A stretch of DNA of 64,000 bases from the IMG/VR virus record IMGVR_UViG_3300014039_000017, positions 64,001 through 128,000 of that record, one strand, 5' to 3'. A model generated the notes under the pieces. It made no database searches, had not been told where the DNA came from, and worked only from the letters and a program-made list of their open reading frames with translations. Position numbers and translations under genes: made by a program. Positions 57,624 through 64,000 of the stretch are shown piece by piece. Numbering within the stretch: position 1 is the stretch's first letter; each line of letters starts with the position of its first letter. The DNA comes from a virus (taxonomy: Duplodnaviria; Caudoviricetes).

Positions 57624-58296
57624 TAAACTCGTTGATTTTATCAATTACATACTGCATATCATTAGGAATAAGCATAGTATCAAAACAATCAATTGGAGTT
57701 TTTGCTGTTGTAGAACCATCAGATTTAGTTATAAATGAATACACAGTATTATTCTTATCGTCTGTTGAAATATTAGTAAATAGAACATAGGTAAACAAAC
57801 CTTCTACAGTAATAAGATTATCGATCATCTTACCTACAGTTTTAATTTTATACTTAGGTTCATCTGCTGTACCAATATTTTCAGAATGACAAGAAACTAT
57901 AATATTCAAATCATCTCGCATAGAAATAGACTCTTTAAGAATAGAATAAAATTTCTGTGCGATTTCAGTAAATTTATCAAAACCTCTTTCCTTAGCTCTA
58001 TCCATAGCTTCAAATGCCATTAGATATTGAGCGTCGTCAATTATAATATTCTTTATTTCTAGACGTTTCTGGTCAATATAAGTAAGCATTTTATTAATTG
58101 TGCCTACATCAGAAGTTGAAATATAATTACCAGTTGGATTATCTTTATTAAATGTAGTATAGTTAGTTTTCCATCCTCTAAAAGGTAGAGGTTTAGATGC
58201 TACATTAATAATAAAGGTTTCCTTTGGATTAAGAGTTCTAAAACTTGTACTTTTACCTGAACCTGAGTTTCCTACAATTGCAATAAGATTAGCCAT
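57616..58296 (-). CDS. AAA_24 / Sak4-like ATPase
   Basis: IVGNSGSGKSTS, KPLPF, IIIDDAQY, HSE, GKMID...EGLF, AKTP. Confidence 0.82.
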   Translation of the reverse strand: MANLIAIVGNSGSGKSTSFRTLNPKETFIINVASKPLPFRGWKTNYTTFNKDNPTGNYISTSDVGTINKMLTYIDQKRLEIKNIIIDDAQYLMAFEAMDRAKERGFDKFTEIAQKFYSILKESISMRDDLNIIVSCHSENIGTADEPKYKIKTVGKMIDNLITVEGLFTYVLFTNISTDDKNNTVYSFITKSDGSTTAKTPIDCFDTMLIPNDMQYVIDKINEFNA

Positions 58297-58299
58297 AAT

Positions 58300-60636
58300 T
58301 TAAAAATGATATTGTAATTCTTTTTTAGACTCTTTTTGAGTCTGATCTTCTATTTTTGTTTTATTTGGGTTTATGTTTTGATTGTCAAGGCTTAGATAAG
58401 GACGCCAATCAGTAACTTGTTTAGGGGGCGGCAATTGTCGAAATATACCTAATTCTCCAAAGAAGTTTACAGGAATTACTCTATCTGATACTCCTTGGCG
58501 GTTTTTTAGTAAACAACAAATTCTGATACGATCTCTTAACCCTAAAAATGGATTCTGTTGTCCAGAATCTTCTACAATTACTGGGTATCCTTGATATGAT
58601 TTTAATTTAAACTTTAGAGGATAGTAAACTCCAATACATACTTCACACAATTTTGTTATCTTCACAGCTCTTTATCTGTGAAATCTATATGTTACCATAT
58701 AGTTCAGACTATATCTTCTCTTTTTTTAGAGTTGCTCCGTTTTCGTGGTAGATTTATATCCTCGACTTTACGTTAGGAATCACTACTAGTCGTTAGGCAT
58801 TTTCCTTTATTTCTAAAGGGTTTAGCACGGGATTGTCCATTTTTGGAGTTTCCCCGTTTAGCGGAGTTTTACAACGACTATGTAATTTATATTTACAACA
58901 ATCTTGTATATAAGGAATTATTAGATTTTCAAATAATTGTGCAGATTTAGATTTTATATAGAGTCTATTATCACTATGAATAGCTGTATAGATGTTATAC
59001 TTATATAAAAACATATCTTGCATCATTTTAATTTCAGATTTAGTAAAGCAATTAGTAGCTAAATAATAACCATTTCCAGTAGCTTTAAACCCATCATCTT
59101 GAAATCATATAGCTAAACCTAAAGGTTTTATAGAATTTAACATTTCTTTATTTATATATTTAATTTTTTTATCACCTTCTATTTTATAAAACATATTATA
59201 AAATTTTCATAAACATTTATTTTGTCTAGAATGAGCTGTATATAAATAATAAATTTTATTTGTTCTTTTATCAAATTCTTTAGTTAAGAAAAATGATTTA
59301 AATAAAGGCTGCATCTGATCAAACTTTCATTTACAGTAATCTTTTTGTTTTGGAGAATGCCCGAAAATTAAATAAGGGGTTTCTGTGCGATTAGGAGTTA
59401 TCATACATGAATCTCCTAAAAGACCTCCTATAATTATTTGATATTGATCATCAGTTAATTCTATTTCCTTTAGAAAATTTGGTTCTAATCCAAGTTTGTT
59501 TCTATAATCACAAACTCTTTTAGATGGAATTTTAATTATTTCAGAAATTTCTGGATCGGTTAGACCTTTGTTATAAAGATCCATAAATTTATCATAATCA
59601 AAATTTCATTTAATTCTAAAATCTGCAAGTGAAATATTATACTTTTTACACCGAGCATATAAAGTACCATATTTTACATTTAATAAATCTAACATTTCTT
59701 TTACGCAACTTGATTTCTCTTTTGCGTTTTCAATTTCTTTTTTAGTTAAAATAAATTTTTCCATATTTTATATATTTTTAATTTTTATATACAAATATAG
59801 TAAAAAATTATTCTTTTTAAAGAAACTGGATAATTTTAATATAAATTTCGTTTATCGTTAAACGGACCTCCAGAATCTTTGAGACCGTCTGGGGAACATT
59901 CTGTCATACCAGCTTTTACCCTATCAATATCAGATGAATTTCTATTCTCTTGTTGAAGAATAGTAAACGATACGCGACATTTTTCTCGAATAGAAACACA
60001 GTACGAAGAGATTAAATCGATTTCTTCTTTTTTAGAGTGATTATCAACAGATTGGCACAATCCGATATGATCTATAACGACTTGAACTATTTGAGTTGGA
60101 TCGTTTTTAATATATATTGTTTGCTTACCATCATTTATAGGCTCAAATGTTCCTCACTCTTCTAATAAACTCATTAAAGAATGATAGAAAGATTTATTAT
60201 TAAGAGATTTATCAAATATAATAAACTTCTTCTCAATAGATTTTAATCAGTCTTTTCCCTTTTGTACATATATATAATTTTCATCAGAAAGTTTATCCTG
60301 CCATGACATAAGTGTTGTATAAGGTATTATCTTTCCAAATTCTTCATATATATACATGCATAGAAGCTTAGATAGGAGTATTGGAGCTGACATTTCCAAA
60401 CTATAATACGCAATAACAATATTAGCGTCTGGATTATCCTTTAGTGGCCTATAAATATAGCTATAAAGCGCTAGGGCAGTCTTTCCAGCCCCAGAAAGTC
60501 CAAAGATTAACGTATATATTCCAGAACGTACTCCACCTGTGTATTCATCAAGTTTTGGAATTCCGGTACTAAATCCTTTATTTTTACCTTCTCGACCTTG
60601 ATCAATTGTCTTATAAAGAATATCTACATTAGTCAT
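58300..60636 (-). CDS. dnaB: DnaB-like replicative helicase, 376 aa after splicing
   Basis: Exons 60636-59854 and 58647-58300. STGIPKLD, GLSGAGKT, YSLEM, VIDHIGL, QQENR, LKDSGGPFND|CEVCIG, LKNR; two TGA=Trp. Confidence 0.88.
58648..59853 (-). mobile_element. Group I intron in DnaB-like helicase
   Basis: Exon ends AACGAT, IGS GTCGTT at ~58875. Core CTAAACGGGGAAACTCC, GACAATCCCGTGCTAAA, CTAACGACTA, AAGATATAGTC; terminal G at 58648. Confidence 0.9.
58793..59764 (-). CDS. Intron-encoded LAGLIDADG homing endonuclease, 323 aa
   Basis: IIIGGLLGDS and GLAIW(TGA)FQDDG; joins track ORFs 59327-59584 and 58793-59026; promoter TATATTTG at 59792-59799. Confidence 0.88.
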
Positions 60637-61225
60637 CCATTAAACAAATATTATTAGCAACTTTGATCTTATTAGGATCATCTCTCAACTCTTTTAACAT
60701 TTCCCACTGATGATTACCAACAAAATTTATAAGTGAAAAATTAACATAATTATTCTCTATTCCTCATCTTAATATATCCATAATCTCAGCATGTTTATCT
60801 GGATTATGACATATTTGAGTACCATACCAAAAATAAAATTCATCTAAATCAGTAAATTTCTTAGTAATATCTCTCAATGGAACTAATTTTCCATTAATTT
60901 CAACACTTTTTGGATAAGTATTGAAGAGTTCACTACCCATAAATCCTGATTCTTTAAAAAAGCGTTTAAGAAAGTTTTTATTAAATTCTATATCATTACA
61001 AATATAATTATCTGTATTATAAGATTTTAATATAACACCTTTCTCTTTTAAGGAATTAAATAGATCTCTTAATCTATTTTTTCCTCCATTTTCAAATCAT
61101 TTATTAAAATATGTAATATTACCACCATTTTCTATTCTAGCAATATACGTTACATAAACTAACAATAATTCTTCGGCAGTTAAATTATATTCTGCCATTA
61201 TGTTTAAGATTGTATTTAAGTTCAA
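60629..61225 (-). CDS. Hypothetical protein upstream of the helicase, 198 aa (TGA=Trp; missing from ORF track)
   Basis: Open frame with two TGA from TTG 61225 (or ATG 61198) to TAA 60629-60631, overlapping the helicase start. Confidence 0.75.
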
Positions 61226-61295
61226 TTTAAATAAATTAAAAGAATCTATTTAAATTACAATGTTTAAAACTTTTACGTGTGCATTGTATTAACTT

Positions 61296-63874
61296 TTAAA
61301 ATCTATTTTCATAATCAGTTATAAAATTCATAGGTCTTGTTTCTACTTTTTCATAGTTTAAGACCTTTTTTAATTTATCTTCTGAATCTATAACAATATA
61401 GTCAGAAGTATTGCTATTTGCAAACCATTTTAATTCTTGAGTGTCTGCAATAACAAGAGTAAACATTTCAGCTGTTTTACCTGGCTCAAATCTACAGATT
61501 CGGCCTGATTGTTGAACCGCAGTTATTTTAGAACTATTTATGTTCATCCTAACTCCAACAGATAGCCCTTTTAAATCTACGCCTTCATTTAAAGCTTTAG
61601 AGGAATTCAATACACCTGAAGCAGAATTATTAAAATCTTCTATAGCTTTTTTATTTTCAGATTCCTTTTTACCTGAATGAAGAGTTGTTCCACGTTTAAT
61701 AGATTCTGCAAATTTAATTGTAGGGCAAAATGTAATGCATTTTTTATCTTTACGTGCATCTAGAATCATTCTACAGGTTTCTATCTTTTTAGGATGGTTT
61801 TCTATAAAATCTTTTCTAGCATGTAAAGCTTTCATTCATTGCGCAGATTGAGCTAATACTTGTTTTGGATTACTTCCAATTTCTTTAGCATATTTATTGC
61901 GAAACTTCCAATCTTGCAAACATCCCATCGCAATTTTAAAATCTCATTGAAAGAACGCAAAATAACTATTAAATTTCTTATTTAATTCTTTATATTGAGT
62001 TAAATCAACATTTAAAAGAACTAAATAATTTTTAACTGGAGCAACCCAACCATTTTTAAGCGCTTCATCTAAAGTGATTGTGTCACATACAGGAGCGTAC
62101 TTTTTTATTATTATTTCCTTTCCATCAAGTCTCTCAAGCGTTGCGGTTAAACACATAATAAATGTATAATTAACAGCTTTAAATAACTCTGAAAAGGTGT
62201 CTGAAGCCATTCTATGGCATTCCATTTATATTAACTTATACTTTCGCATAAGATTAGACTATATCTTATTTATAATTACTATAAATTTTGCTATTTCCAA
62301 ATACTGTTGTTGTGCATATATGCGCAATATTTGTACTCCTAAAAGGATAGTCGTTGAGCCTACATCCTATAAGGATGTTTGGTTGCGGATTTCCCAATCT
62401 TTTTCTTTTTTACTATACTGAGGTAATTATTCTCACCGTTATATATGTTGCCATTATAATTTAGTAGAAAAAGCTCTAAGGGAGTTCCCGACAATTAAGC
62501 AAATTTAAAGTCAACAAATTATTCATCGACTATAAGTAAGTCAGTATTTCACTGCTTTTTTATCACTGTGTTAATAACTTCAACATCACAATTTTGTATT
62601 AATCCAAAATTCATTATAGAAGTTAATCACTGCTGTTTTAAAAAGGTTGTAGGTACAACAACTAAAACATTTAATGTAGGACGTTTTTTACAAAGGAGTT
62701 TAATTGCTTTTAAGGCTGTCCGGGTTTTCAGTTTTGTTATCCTAAAGGCTTTTTATCCTTTAGCTCTATATATTTCTATATAGCTCGGCGTACATTTTCA
62801 CCCACTTATTTCAGTTGGGGTGTTGAGCACTCTTGGGAACATTATATTCTATTTATAGGTTCAGTTCCTACGCTCTACGGTGACTAATTATATTATTAAT
62901 TAGTTTACCTCGGTATTATCCGTTAGGACTTTTACCGATTTTGCTCAATAAAATTCTCTCATTCTTGAGGAGATCGGCTTTCTTGTTTAAAGAAAGTATA
63001 TTTTAAATATTTTCTTTTAAGATATACTGTAGAATTGTTATAAATATAATCTAAAAACTTAAATGTATCTTTTAAGCTAAAATATATAATTCAAGTTTCA
63101 TTTGAATGTCGTTTATCATGTAAAAAATTTATATTAAAACCAGAATATTCTCCAATTTTAATTAAAAACTGTTTTGTCCCAATAATTGAAATATTAGGAG
63201 ATACAATTGTTTTACATATATGTTGAGAAAAACATCCATCTCCATCAAAATATCCACGAATAAAATGCCGAATTAAGTTTTTTGATTTAAATATTGATTC
63301 TTTCGGAAAATTAAGAGTTAAAGATTTATTCGGAGTGCAGCCATAATTGTTAAGAATTGTTCATAAATGTTTATTCGTAACACATCATCTACATCTTCCA
63401 AAAACTTTATCTTTAATCTTACTTTTACTTATTTTAATATTTTCCCCGTTATATCCAACAAATTTATTAAACTTATATAAATGTTCGGTATCCTTTTCGC
63501 ACAAAGAAATTTCAAAAGTATAATGCGCTTTTTTATTTTCTATATTAGCAATATATCCATCAGCGTATATAAATCCTAATCAGTATGCTTTTTCTTCAGC
63601 ATCAATAGAATCAAATATATTTTCATTAAATTTTGATATATTTCATCTATTAATAATTTTTATTTTAGCACTTTTAATTATTTTAGTAATTTCTCATCTA
63701 GATACATTTTCTATTTTAGCTAATTTACTTAATGAATATCCATTCTTGTAATCACTTATAATATCAATTCTATTTCTCATATAAACCTACCCCAGTGGCA
63801 TAACATATTGAGCCACAGCCTTTTACATTAATTCACCTTTTTATTCCAAGTTCTTGTCGTTCATCCCTAGTCAT
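61296..63874 (-). CDS. Superfamily 2 (DExH, UvsW/XPB-like) helicase, 406 aa after splicing two introns
   Basis: Exons 63874-63785, 62728-62525, 62222-61296. ATGVG|KT, VVVPT..LKQQW(TGA), LIVD|ECH, LTAT, LNEGVD, QQSGRICR. Confidence 0.9.
62223..62524 (-). mobile_element. ORF-less group I intron (302 nt) in SF2 helicase Walker B
   Basis: Exon ends GTCGAT, IGS GTTGAC 9 nt into the intron. Core AATTGTCGGGAACTCC, GAAATCCGCAACCAAA, CTCAACGACTATC, AAGATATAGTC; terminal G at 62223. Confidence 0.9.
62729..63784 (-). mobile_element. Group I intron in SF2 helicase Walker A
   Basis: Exon ends GTAGGT, intron ends AACTG. Core AAATCGGTAAAAGTCC, GATAATACCGAGGTAAA, GTAGAGCGTA, AAAATGTACGC; restores GVG|KT. 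Confidence 0.88.
62932..63780 (-). CDS. Intron-encoded LAGLIDADG homing endonuclease, 282 aa (missing from ORF track)
   Basis: FDSIDAEEKAYW(TGA)LGFIYADG and LIRHFIRGYFDGDG; about seven in-frame TGA; TAA 62932-62934. Confidence 0.88.
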
Positions 63875-64000
63875 TAAAACTGTTTATCGCAATTCATACA
63901 ATCCTGTGTAGTGCATTTATTACAAGGAATATCATTATTGTAATAATCACTTTCACTAGGATAGTCATCTATATAATTTCTATAATAAGTAGAAGAGATA
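63874..64000 (-). CDS. 3' end of a hypothetical protein (partial)
   Basis: ...DIPCNKCTTQDCMNCDKQF-TAA, with TAATG overlap on the helicase start. Confidence 0.5.
   Translation of the reverse strand, partial: ISSTYYRNYIDDYPSESDYYNNDIPCNKCTTQDCMNCDKQF

Noticed and set aside
1452-62783. Antisense or alternate-frame ORF-track entries (e.g. 3196-3555, 11545-11898, 19669-20043, 39890-40315, 42335-42619, 56579-56878, 62568-62783)
   Set aside because: They are shadows of well-supported genes or introns and carry no recognisable motifs.
22483-63784. Inteins as the explanation for the LAGLIDADG insertions
   Set aside because: Endonucleases have their own starts and stops, host frames hit TAA/TAG, no C...HN splice residues were seen, and group I RNA core elements are present.
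1-64000. Selenocysteine or TGA=Gly interpretation; suppressor tRNA in the window
   Set aside because: TGA aligns with conserved Trp, not Cys or Gly. No cloverleaf was found by eye in the few intergenic gaps; tRNAscan-SE would be needed to be sure.

Overview
This 64 kb AT-rich window is part of a Crassvirales (crAss-like) phage genome. The host is probably a Bacteroidota member, judging by TAnnTTTG promoters and SD-less, AT-rich start regions. The genome reads TGA as Trp. The standard-code ORF track is shattered, but same-frame fragments join at TGA codons that sit where Trp is invariant (WFMDDG, WCxxC, NLEW, YDWKS), and every true gene end I traced is TAA or TAG. The plus-strand arm (791-33692) encodes putative virion cargo proteins: 101, 1425 and 618 aa proteins sharing a K-[FYL]-x-x-G-G motif, a 3035 aa protein with hydrophobic segments and an SF1 helicase domain, a 3353 aa virion RNA polymerase (DYDID, plus a zincin HExxH) split by two group I introns, and a 1559 aa protein with a RecB-like nuclease domain. 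A bidirectional terminator at ~33700 separates this from the minus-strand replication and nucleotide-metabolism arm. That arm holds dNMP kinase, MoxR/vWA, ThyX, thioredoxin, ligase, dUTPase, FTR catalytic subunit, two NrdG, NrdD, nucleases, primase, SSB, a Sak4-like ATPase, and DnaB-like and SF2 helicases. Seven group I introns can be delimited to the nucleotide, and six carry homing endonucleases (4 LAGLIDADG, 1 GIY-YIG, 1 HNH), five of these inside the P1 loop. The most unusual signals are: (i) a terminator-insulated 6 x 21-bp repeat array next to a promoter-driven ~100-nt structured RNA at 247-722; (ii) matched terminal cysteines that could chain the three giant cargo proteins head to tail; (iii) strongly non-uniform TGA use, including TGA-dependent endonucleases inside a TGA-free host gene. 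All calls are by eye; no database searches were run.
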